From positions 1 to 33,050 of the IMG/VR virus record IMGVR_UViG_3300040736_000109: a DNA stretch of 33,050 nucleotides; one strand, written 5' to 3'. A program made the position numbers and the translations under genes. The stretch is from a virus (lineage: Duplodnaviria; Caudoviricetes). Positions 18,024 through 25,214 of this stretch are shown here, one piece after another (positions within the stretch are counted from its first letter, which is position 1; every line of letters begins with the position of its first letter). The notes below the pieces were generated by a model. The model searched no databases. It saw nothing but the letters and a program-made list of their open reading frames with translations, and was not told where the DNA came from.

Positions 18024-18104
18024 TCAAAGGCCACGCTTGCATGCGGCTTAAATTTTCAAGTTCGAGAGCAGGGGCTTTATTCCGTCGCCCAATTACAACT
18101 ATAC

Positions 18105-18132
18105 ATCCTATTTACGGAAAACCAGGTGTCAA
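18105..18132 (-). promoter_or_regulatory. Sigma70-like promoter facing the late operon
   Basis: TTGACA-N16-TAGGAT on minus. Confidence 0.55.
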
Positions 18133-18140
18133 GGATTTTT

Positions 18141-18725
18141 TTACAGGTGGGCAGCACCACAACATTTCTTGAATTTCAGGCGCCTCCCGGAGGGGTCTTT
18201 CTTTCCGCACGGGCAAGAATCATTCCTGCCAACCCCGGCGAATTTGATTCTATTCGCATCAACAACATAATCGATAGTTCGGATGGAAGGCGTCCTGAAG
18301 GTCATCCACGTTTGACCTTTGACGTTCGTAATGGAGAGATCTCCCTTCGTAATGATGTCCATCCCGATGATCGCGCCAAAGTCACCGGCGATATTCGGGC
18401 ATTCTGTAACAAGTACTCCTGCCACGCCGACTTTGTTTGGCAGAATGAAGTTGGCCAGATAGGTGTTGGCTTGACTGCTGCCGCCCGCGTGATTGACTGT
18501 CGCAGCTCCGATGGGCACCAGGCCCAAGGCATCCGCAGTGGCTTTGGTGATGACACTTCTGGTTGCTCCGGTATCCCACAAGGCCATCGTTTCGCAATGG
18601 GGCGGCTGGAGTTGGGGTGGCTTGGTCGGATCAAAAGCCTGGAATACTTGGACCCGGGTGATTATTCTGGGACACAAGCGGTCGTATTTCACCGTGAAGG
18701 CATGGAAATTGGGCTGACCCTTCAT
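18141..18725 (-). CDS. Retropepsin-like (clan AA) aspartyl protease with a C-terminal SEC-C zinc motif
   Basis: 'ALWDTGAT' catalytic motif, 'AIIGMDII', and 'GRNDSCPCG...KFKKCCG'. Confidence 0.9.
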   Translation of the reverse strand: MKGQPNFHAFTVKYDRLCPRIITRVQVFQAFDPTKPPQLQPPHCETMALWDTGATRSVITKATADALGLVPIGAATVNHAGGSSQANTYLANFILPNKVGVAGVLVTECPNIAGDFGAIIGMDIITKGDLSITNVKGQTWMTFRTPSIRTIDYVVDANRIKFAGVGRNDSCPCGKKDPSGRRLKFKKCCGAAHL

Positions 18726-18970
18726 TCTGCCTGGTAGCCCGTCAGTTTAGTGGATGAGATCGTCACCGTGTATGCTTGTGGCCCCGGCTCACAGGGTTGT
18801 ATCATGAAGGTGCCGAGCGGATGTTCCTTTTGAGCTTCCGTGTAGGCAGCCCAAATATCCGGATATGCTCCAAGTATGGTTTGCCCTTTGATCACCAGGA
18901 TCTTCCCGCGGTGCTTTCGGACAAGCTCTTCCTGATTGGTTTTGAAGAACTCCAGCTCTTCTAAAAACAT
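18722..18970 (-). CDS. DUF5678-like small protein
   Basis: 'FFKTNQEELVRKHRGKILVIKGQTILGAY' pattern; ATGA-coupled to the protease; ATG at 18970 with GGAGG RBS (track start 18979). Confidence 0.7.
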   Translation of the reverse strand: MFLEELEFFKTNQEELVRKHRGKILVIKGQTILGAYPDIWAAYTEAQKEHPLGTFMIQPCEPGPQAYTVTISSTKLTGYQAE

Positions 18971-19032
18971 GCCATCCACCCTCCAGGGTGTTCCGTTACC
19001 ATCCGGCTAATCGCACCCATCCGTATATTGGG

Positions 19033-19060
19033 ATGATACCATATTCTGCTCTCTATCCAA
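19033..19060 (-). promoter_or_regulatory. Promoter of the DUF5678/protease moron
   Basis: TTGGAT-N16-TATCAT with an extended -10 TG. Confidence 0.55.
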
Positions 19061-19094
19061 GCGAAAAGTAGGCGGTCCCAACCCTCTCCCCTCG

Positions 19095-19174
19095 GTAGGG
19101 GCGGGGTTTATCCCCGCCCGTTTTGGTGGGCACTCCACCCTCTCCCGTCGGGGGAGAGGGCAGGGTGAGGGGGG
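19095..19174 (+). repeat. Two adjacent palindromic repeats (GTAG-type REP and CCCTCTCCC/GGGAGAGGG type)
   Basis: GTAGGGGCGGGGTTTATCCCCGCCC at 19095-19119; CCCTCTCCCGTCGGGGGAGAGGGCAGGGTGAGGGG at 19138-19174. Confidence 0.75.
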
Positions 19175-19177
19175 ATC

Positions 19178-19468
19178 TCAATCCGGTATGCCCGCCTTCT
19201 CGGCCAGGACCTTGCCCAGGCGGATGGATTTGTTCAGTCGGACCTCGGTGAGGTCGAGGGCGGTTTGCAGCCTGTCCAGGTCCTTGCGGAATCCGAACAC
19301 CAGCCGTTCGATGAATTCCAGCCGCTGCTGCATCGGCCGGCTGACGCCCGATTCCTCCATCGCCTCGGTCAACAATCGGCTCACGGCCTCCTTGCAGGGC
19401 ACGGCGTCCTTCGGCACACCTCGACCAGGCTTGATCGGGACAACTTTCAGCTTGAGGTTATCAGTCAT
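19178..19468 (-). CDS. Hypothetical protein
   Basis: 96 aa, GGAGGAGG RBS, overlaps the antirepressor stop. Confidence 0.65.
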   Translation of the reverse strand: MTDNLKLKVVPIKPGRGVPKDAVPCKEAVSRLLTEAMEESGVSRPMQQRLEFIERLVFGFRKDLDRLQTALDLTEVRLNKSIRLGKVLAEKAGIPD

Positions 19469-20297
19469 GAGGCACCTCCTCGACCCGTTCGTCCTGCGGT
19501 GTCGAAGGGCTCACATCCGGCTGGCACAGGTTCAAAACGGTTGCCGGCCCTTTCCGCGGATAGTACACCCCCTCGGGCGGGAAGCCTTCCTCGGCCAGGA
19601 CCCTGCGAACGGAAGCCGCGTCTCTGTCCACCATTTTGGAGATCCTGTAATTGCGATACCCCTGGCGCTTGAGGTTTACAATGGTTTCTCGTTCCAATGC
19701 GGTCATGGGGTGCTGTCTGCGCCGCTTCTTCCCGACCGGCTGGGGCTGCTTTTTCTTCTCCAGGAGCGCGTAATTGGTCTTGAGCAGCTCGATGTTCTCA
19801 TTCTTCGCGGCCAGCAGTTCGTCTTTGGCTGACAAAACCGCATCCTTTTCCTTGAGCATCATATCCCTGGAGGCAATCAACTGGTCCTTGAGCTCGTTCT
19901 CCCTGGAATAGTGGAAGGCCCTCTCCCTCTGCAGGTTCGCATAGGAGGCGTATTGAATGTCCGCGCCGGGCATCGAATACGTCCCGGTCTTTCGAATGGT
20001 AGGCAGCACTTCACTGGTAACCCATTTCTGGAAGGGCTTTGCCTCCCTCTTGTTGGACCGGAGCACCAAGTTATAAAACCCGGATTCGTTGATGACGATC
20101 ATGTCCTGTGGACCACCGGGGGTGTAGATCCTTTCTACCCCCCTTTCATCATCATCTAACCTGGTTACGACATCTCTGTGATTAAGGTGCCCAAGGACGT
20201 CACAGACGTCCTTGGCAACCCACCAGGGATTGCTTTCCGCATCCCGATAGACCCGCACCTCGTGATTCTTGTACTGGAAGGGAAGGATGTCTTTCAT
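19461..20297 (-). CDS. BRO-N antirepressor-like protein with coiled coil and C-terminal HTH
   Basis: 'PWWVAKDVCDVLG', 'INESGFYNLVLRSNKREAKPFQKWVTSEVLPTIRKTGTY'; HTH 'RISKMVDRDAASVRRVL'. Confidence 0.9.
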   Translation of the reverse strand: MKDILPFQYKNHEVRVYRDAESNPWWVAKDVCDVLGHLNHRDVVTRLDDDERGVERIYTPGGPQDMIVINESGFYNLVLRSNKREAKPFQKWVTSEVLPTIRKTGTYSMPGADIQYASYANLQRERAFHYSRENELKDQLIASRDMMLKEKDAVLSAKDELLAAKNENIELLKTNYALLEKKKQPQPVGKKRRRQHPMTALERETIVNLKRQGYRNYRISKMVDRDAASVRRVLAEEGFPPEGVYYPRKGPATVLNLCQPDVSPSTPQDERVEEVPHD

Positions 20298-20353
20298 GGC
20301 ATTGCTCCTCGTTAAGTTTTGACTGCCCGAAGACGCCCCATATCAACAAGAAA

Positions 20354-20420
20354 TCCTGGAGACCTGTCAACGCCTAACGAGCGGCGCCCCCGTACCTCGC
20401 GATATGGGGAGTCTCCAGGA
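20354..20420 (-). ncRNA. Candidate C4/CI-like antisense RNA
   Basis: 10-bp closing stem TCCTGGAGAC/GTCTCCAGGA enclosing CCGCTCGTTAG-GCG-TTGAC, complementary to sites at 20465-20483 and 20305-20323 (the antirepressor RBS). Confidence 0.6.
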
Positions 20421-20526
20421 AATTGTGTTCGGCCAATAAAAAAAAGCCGCTGACGGGGGCAATCCCGCTCGTTAGTTTTTGACCCCATCAGGAGAGCAGA
20501 TTCCGGGCAGGCTGTCAAGTAAAAAC

Positions 20527-20561
20527 TAGGCCATAGGCTATGGGCCATAGGCTATGGGTGA
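20527..20561. repeat. Heptamer array, left-type arm
   Basis: TAGGCCATAGGCTATGGGCCATAGGCTATGGGTGA; supplies the stop codon of 20552..20947. Confidence 0.75.
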
Positions 20562-20947
20562 ATTTGCTCATTGTATCTGCAACGCTCCCGGCTGTTGGTG
20601 CGCCGGCCTCTGCCTTCACGTTCGTAAGAATACTTGTCCTGTGAGCTCTTGGGCGTGATGAGGGTAACGGCCACGCCATTCCGCTCATCCACAAAGATTA
20701 TCGCGCTTTGAGCACAGAGCCAGTATTCGGCCAGGATCACATAGGGCTTCTTCAACCCGGATCGAACCGGCTTGAGCAGGTCCTGCTGGTACCTGATCCT
20801 CACCCCGGCCCGGCACATCCGGTTGAGGTTCTCGACGGTTGTGGCGGCCCCCATTCGCTCGATCCACCTTTCGCGGAAATGCCTGGAAAGCTTTCGAACG
20901 GGTCCGTCTTCTTCACGGAAGGCCATCCAGTCATTTGATATCGTCAT
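20552..20947 (-). CDS. Hypothetical protein, possible RelE/DUF4258-like fold
   Basis: Start reassigned to MTISNDW (GGAGGAG RBS); 'LSRHFRERWIER' and 'VAVTLIT' motifs. Confidence 0.55.
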   Translation of the reverse strand: MTISNDWMAFREEDGPVRKLSRHFRERWIERMGAATTVENLNRMCRAGVRIRYQQDLLKPVRSGLKKPYVILAEYWLCAQSAIIFVDERNGVAVTLITPKSSQDKYSYEREGRGRRTNSRERCRYNEQIHP

Positions 20948-21131
20948 GTGGACTCCTCCCCGCCGCCAGGCTCCGTTCCTTGGCTTCGCATAACCCGCCC
21001 GGCCGTGTGCACTTGCCGGGTCCGTCCGGTATCTTGGGGCCCCTGAAGGCCCTATTGCTGACCGCCCTGCGGAAATCGCAAATGGTGCAATCGGCATTGT
21101 CTCGACTCGCAATCTTCCAACCCTTTGCCAT
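20931..21131 (-). CDS. Small Cys-containing protein
   Basis: CTIC ... CTRPGGLC; GGGGG RBS before MAKG. Confidence 0.55.
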   Translation of the reverse strand: MAKGWKIASRDNADCTICDFRRAVSNRAFRGPKIPDGPGKCTRPGGLCEAKERSLAAGRSPHDDIK

Positions 21132-21141
21132 TTTATCCCCC

Positions 21142-21588
21142 CTACACAGCCCCATAGCCCGGCGGCTCAGGAAGCGGCATCCAGTGCGTCACCTGGCCTT
21201 CGACAACCGCTACACCGCTATATTCATCCCAATTGTCGAGCGCCTCATACCACCCTTCCGGGTCGTAGTAGGTACCGGTCTCATCGTCGTAGACGGCTAT
21301 GTCCCAGCATTCGCAGGCCTCTACGCTCTTTGCCTTACACCAGTAAGCGCGAATCCGCCGCCAGTTTCCGAGTCGGTTTCTGTAGACCGCGAGCACTATT
21401 ACGCCACTCTCCGGCATACGTTCCCCCACCGGTATCCAATAGTTCTTGACAGCCATTGCGGCCGCAAGCCATGCCGTCTGGACATCCCCCGGCGTCTTTT
21501 CATATTCCGGCAATGCTGACTTTGTGACAGGACTCACCCACCCCACCTGATCGCAATAGGCATCGTAAGCTATCTTCCCAATATCCAT
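21142..21588 (-). CDS. DUF551-domain protein
   Basis: 'WIPVGERMPE ... VTHWMPLPEPP'. Confidence 0.85.
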   Translation of the reverse strand: MDIGKIAYDAYCDQVGWVSPVTKSALPEYEKTPGDVQTAWLAAAMAVKNYWIPVGERMPESGVIVLAVYRNRLGNWRRIRAYWCKAKSVEACECWDIAVYDDETGTYYDPEGWYEALDNWDEYSGVAVVEGQVTHWMPLPEPPGYGAV

Positions 21589-21650
21589 GCTTGCACCTCA
21601 CATGCCTCGCGGCCCACCGGCCACTAGCCACTAATCACTATCCACCGCCC

Positions 21651-22376
21651 CTACGCCAATTCCCCCAGCATCTTCTGCACCTTGCCCAGCTCCTCCTTCA
21701 GCTCGCGGACCTTATAGCGCGGCACAAAGATGTCTCCATACTGGTCCTGGATGGCCCGGATCTGGTCCGCGTAGCGCTCGGGATCCCCCTTGACCCTATC
21801 GAGCAGCTTCGTTACCACCTGCACCCAGGCGGGCGGGGAGGTGTCGCTTCGCTTCGGCAGCCCGAGGCGCTCGCGAACCGAATCCCCTTCCGGGCCGTCG
21901 AACCCGAAGGTGAGCTGGATCACCGCGTCGGCATATGCGGATCTCCGCGACCTGGTCGCCTTCATGAGCCCGGTCATGGCCCGCTGACGGAAGCGGGCGT
22001 GGTTGTCCTCGACCTCGGTATCGAAGGCCGGCAGGTAGTATCCCCCGCCTGGCCCGGCTTCACACATGATCGGGATCCCGTGCTTGATGATCAGGCGGTT
22101 GATGACTCGCCGCAGCTCCCGCTCCCGCGCATCGTCGGAGCGCTTCCTGGAGGTCTTCCTGGCGGTCGGCGGATCGCCCGCCGGCTGCCATCCACCGCTC
22201 TCGACCACCATCGGCAGCTTCGCCGCGAGCTCGCGCGCGGGGATCGCGCCGGCCCGCCCGATGGGCAGACCGTTCGAGGCATAGCCCTGGGTCACCAGCT
22301 CCTCCAGCACAATCTTTTCATCCCGATCCAGCTTGCCGTGTTTCAGAACCGCATCAATCCTGCGTCTTAAATCCAT
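21651..22376 (-). CDS. Winged-HTH DNA-binding protein
   Basis: 'RELRRVINRLIIKHGIPI...GGGYY' winged-helix signature; start reassigned to MDLRR. Confidence 0.65.
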   Translation of the reverse strand: MDLRRRIDAVLKHGKLDRDEKIVLEELVTQGYASNGLPIGRAGAIPARELAAKLPMVVESGGWQPAGDPPTARKTSRKRSDDARERELRRVINRLIIKHGIPIMCEAGPGGGYYLPAFDTEVEDNHARFRQRAMTGLMKATRSRRSAYADAVIQLTFGFDGPEGDSVRERLGLPKRSDTSPPAWVQVVTKLLDRVKGDPERYADQIRAIQDQYGDIFVPRYKVRELKEELGKVQKMLGELA

Positions 22377-22450
22377 CGCCTGCCTCTCCCAGGCCGCAAA
22401 GAGGCACAAGAAACGCAAGAGGAATGCCTCTTTTGCGGCTCATCACGCAT

Positions 22451-22795
22451 TTAATTGACTGTCGACACCACAAGCCGTTTGCCCCGCTCCATCGCTTCGA
22501 TAGCCAGGATGTGGTCGTAGGCACTGATCCTGGACACCATCATGTCGAATTCGTGCGGGTAGAGCAGGTACTTGTGAAAGGGCACCCCGGTCCAGCAGCG
22601 AACGCCCTGGCGGCAGTAGCGATCCGCCAGGTATTCGAGGCGCTCATCGGTGAATATCTCCCGGCAGTTGGCCAGGGCTTCGTTCGAAATCTGCCTGCAG
22701 TCCGGCTCAAACACTCGCCTCAGGGCTTTCAAACCGATAAAATCCAACAGACGAAAAAAGCTGTTCAGCATGTCATCCTCCAAATTCCCGCGCAA
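22451..22795 (-). CDS. Hypothetical protein
   Basis: Fits the operon; a more likely start is the ATG at 22771 with GGAGG RBS. Confidence 0.55.
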   Translation of the reverse strand: MRGNLEDDMLNSFFRLLDFIGLKALRRVFEPDCRQISNEALANCREIFTDERLEYLADRYCRQGVRCWTGVPFHKYLLYPHEFDMMVSRISAYDHILAIEAMERGKRLVVSTVN

Positions 22796-22813
22796 GATCG
22801 CGCAAAACTTGTG

Positions 22814-22848
22814 TCACCCATAGCCTATGGCCTATCGCCTATCGCCTA
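22814..22848. repeat. Heptamer array, right-type arm
   Basis: TCACCCATAGCCTATGGCCTATCGCCTATCGCCTA; begins at the TAG of 22846..23394. Confidence 0.75.
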
Positions 22849-23394
22849 AGAACCAAATTTCCGCGTGAAATCGCGCAAAGCTTGTGTCACTGCAGCCCGT
22901 TCCTCTTCGGAAACCGGTTCCTCTCCCATCGTAGGAGCGGCATCCTGCCGCGATATCCCCGCCTGCTCATCCGATGATGCCCGGTAAACCCTGGCCGCTT
23001 CCGCTGCCCGCTCAGCTCTTCCCGCCAGGCCGGCAGCCATATCGAATGCCGTGTGGCGCAGGTAATTGTGATTCGTGAGCCCGCGCGGCGACCGGTCGAG
23101 CACCGCATCGACGGCCTGAGCCCAGAGCTCCGGGGGAGCCGGGCGCTGCTCGCTGTGTTCCCACGAGACTCGCCCGGAGCCCACCAGGTCCAGGAAGACC
23201 GTCAGAAGCTTCATCGCCCGCCGCCACTGAAGCGGGTTGCCGTCCTTGCGAAAGAGCGTAAGGTATTCGAGTATGTACGGCTGCAAGGCACAAGGCACCT
23301 TTAGCAGGAGGGGCTGCGTTTGCCTGGCAAACACATCCCTCTGCCACACCACGGCACTGGCCGTCGTTCCACAACCCGGGCAGACCAGGATCAT
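22846..23394 (-). CDS. Conserved Mu-like semi-essential-region protein with N-terminal CxxC
   Basis: 'CPGCG', 'YLTLFR...LQWRRA', 'LTNHNYL'; ATGA overlap with the upstream gene. Confidence 0.7.
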   Translation of the reverse strand: MILVCPGCGTTASAVVWQRDVFARQTQPLLLKVPCALQPYILEYLTLFRKDGNPLQWRRAMKLLTVFLDLVGSGRVSWEHSEQRPAPPELWAQAVDAVLDRSPRGLTNHNYLRHTAFDMAAGLAGRAERAAEAARVYRASSDEQAGISRQDAAPTMGEEPVSEEERAAVTQALRDFTRKFGS

Positions 23395-24341
23395 TGCCGG
23401 TCTCCATTGTCCGATGGGGGCCAATCTCCAAACAACAAGGGCTCTTGGGCCTCATAGGCCAGTATCATCGGCTCGATGTCTCCAGGGCGCCTGCCGCCAA
23501 GATCGAGCATCAAGTGCTTGAGCATATATCTGGCCTGGACTTCCGGAGGCCGCTCCAAATGATGAGCCAGCCTCTTGATTTCCTTGAGCACCTCCGGGTA
23601 ACATGAGAAGTCCAGGAGGAGCTGATTCTCAAGGATATCGTCTTCGTCCTGGAGGCAGGTCGGGGCCGAAATCTCTTTGGCCGGAGCCGGCTCCGCCTGC
23701 ATTCCATTCTGTGGGGGTGAAACGCATCTTGCTCCTGCTTTCGCGTGCTCTTCGATCAGCCTGACCTCATGGAGCGTCTTCTCCAGTGCAGCCAACTTCT
23801 CTCTCTTCCGCCTGGAATACTTTCGCTGATACTCCCTCTCGCAGTCCGCGCAATGCGGCCGGCGATCCTCCGATTCCTTCATCTTCCTGATGAAGCGATT
23901 CAGGGGCTTCTCCTGCTTACAGCGGATACAGACCTTCGTTTCCTGTTGGGGCTGTACGGGCGGAAGACCTTCCTCCGCCACATTCGATTCGTGTTCCATC
24001 ATTGTTTCCTCCTCTTGGTTTTCCGGTTCATCCTCAATACCCCTCTCCCTCAGGGAGAGGGCCTGGGTGAGGGCTACCCCTCTCGTCCATCGAGGGGGTG
24101 GCTCGGTGGACACCACGGGCATGGGCGGATGGCGGCCCGACCCTACAACCCGGCTCTTCAGTTCCTCGACATCCGCATCATCCAGTTTTCCGGACCTGGC
24201 CGCGGCCCCGGTCTCGCAATCCTTGCAGCCGGGGTAGCGGGAGCCATATCCTCTATCCCAACGCCGAGGAAAGTGACTGTCTCCCTGGTTCGCCAGACAC
24301 TGGCTGACCCTAATGGTCGCGTGCATCTTGTCACATCTCAT
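23391..24341 (-). CDS. Hypothetical protein with several CxxC zinc-binding motifs
   Basis: CKDC, CIRC...CADC; low-complexity linkers contain palindromic repeats. Confidence 0.6.
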   Translation of the reverse strand: MRCDKMHATIRVSQCLANQGDSHFPRRWDRGYGSRYPGCKDCETGAAARSGKLDDADVEELKSRVVGSGRHPPMPVVSTEPPPRWTRGVALTQALSLRERGIEDEPENQEEETMMEHESNVAEEGLPPVQPQQETKVCIRCKQEKPLNRFIRKMKESEDRRPHCADCEREYQRKYSRRKREKLAALEKTLHEVRLIEEHAKAGARCVSPPQNGMQAEPAPAKEISAPTCLQDEDDILENQLLLDFSCYPEVLKEIKRLAHHLERPPEVQARYMLKHLMLDLGGRRPGDIEPMILAYEAQEPLLFGDWPPSDNGDRQ

Positions 24342-24837
24342 GCCGCGCCCCTTTAGGCCCCTGCAGACCCTGCAGCTTCTTCTGTCTCTTCACCAGGGCA
24401 GCCACCACCGCCCGGAGCTGCCGCGGATTGCACCAGGCGACCTGGTCCGTGCCCCACATTCGCCGCGCGATACCGTCCGCATAGGTCCAGGTGAGCCCCA
24501 TATCCGCCAGGAGCGCCTCGATTTTCCCGAGCAGCGGAGCGCGATCCTGCGCTGGGGCGGACCGCTGCCCCCCTTTGCTAAATCCCCCCTTTCTCCCCCC
24601 TTTATTAAAGGGGGGTTGGGGGGGATTTCTCTTCCTCACTACCCGGAACCCGCCGGCTTCCATCCTTCGCATGACCTCATCGAATTGCGGCCCGGTGAGC
24701 TGCACGGAGGACAAGACCCCGACCGATCCGAGCATTTCGCGATAGACCTCGTCGCTCAAACCAAGCTCCGCCTTAGCCACATGCAGCAACCCAATCTGCT
24801 TCCTGCTGATGCATCGATTTGGCATGTTTATTTCCAT
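24331..24837 (-). CDS. gemA: GemA / Mu gp16 family (DUF1018) protein
   Basis: 'LLHVAKAELGLSDEVYREML', 'GKIEALL', 'QLRAVVAAL'. Confidence 0.85.
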   Translation of the reverse strand: MEINMPNRCISRKQIGLLHVAKAELGLSDEVYREMLGSVGVLSSVQLTGPQFDEVMRRMEAGGFRVVRKRNPPQPPFNKGGRKGGFSKGGQRSAPAQDRAPLLGKIEALLADMGLTWTYADGIARRMWGTDQVAWCNPRQLRAVVAALVKRQKKLQGLQGPKGARHEM

Positions 24838-25214
24838 AGACCCCGCAGCTCGTTTAATCCTGCCTCAATCAGATCCAGACGCACCCGTATATTGTTAGTC
24901 TCGATCTGGTAGCCACCGAACATTGCCACTATCCTTTTGTTCTGTTGGAATAGTTCAGCCAAGGCTTTGATCACTACATCTCTGTGAGCCTCAGACTTTG
25001 ACAGGTAATCAAAGATGAACGCTGCGCACCCAACCATTGACGACCAGTAGTATTCAGGGTGCCCAAGCAACTGCTGTTCCAGCTCCTCTTGAGATTTTGC
25101 GCAGTCTCCTAGTTCTCGCATTACCTCATCTGCGGTCTGTCTGAGCCTAGATACCTTCTTCCTGGCTTCTGCTTTTTTTGAGATCTTGCCCTGGTCCTTC
25201 ATATCCTCCTCCAT
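24828..25214 (-). CDS. Hypothetical protein
   Basis: Helical; fills the gap between the two gemA-like genes; start uncertain. Confidence 0.55.
   Translation of the reverse strand: MEEDMKDQGKISKKAEARKKVSRLRQTADEVMRELGDCAKSQEELEQQLLGHPEYYWSSMVGCAAFIFDYLSKSEAHRDVVIKALAELFQQNKRIVAMFGGYQIETNNIRVRLDLIEAGLNELRGLWK

Noticed and set aside
17985-18737. 250-aa plus-strand ORF
   Set aside because: Shadow of the aspartyl protease gene, which has clear catalytic motifs.
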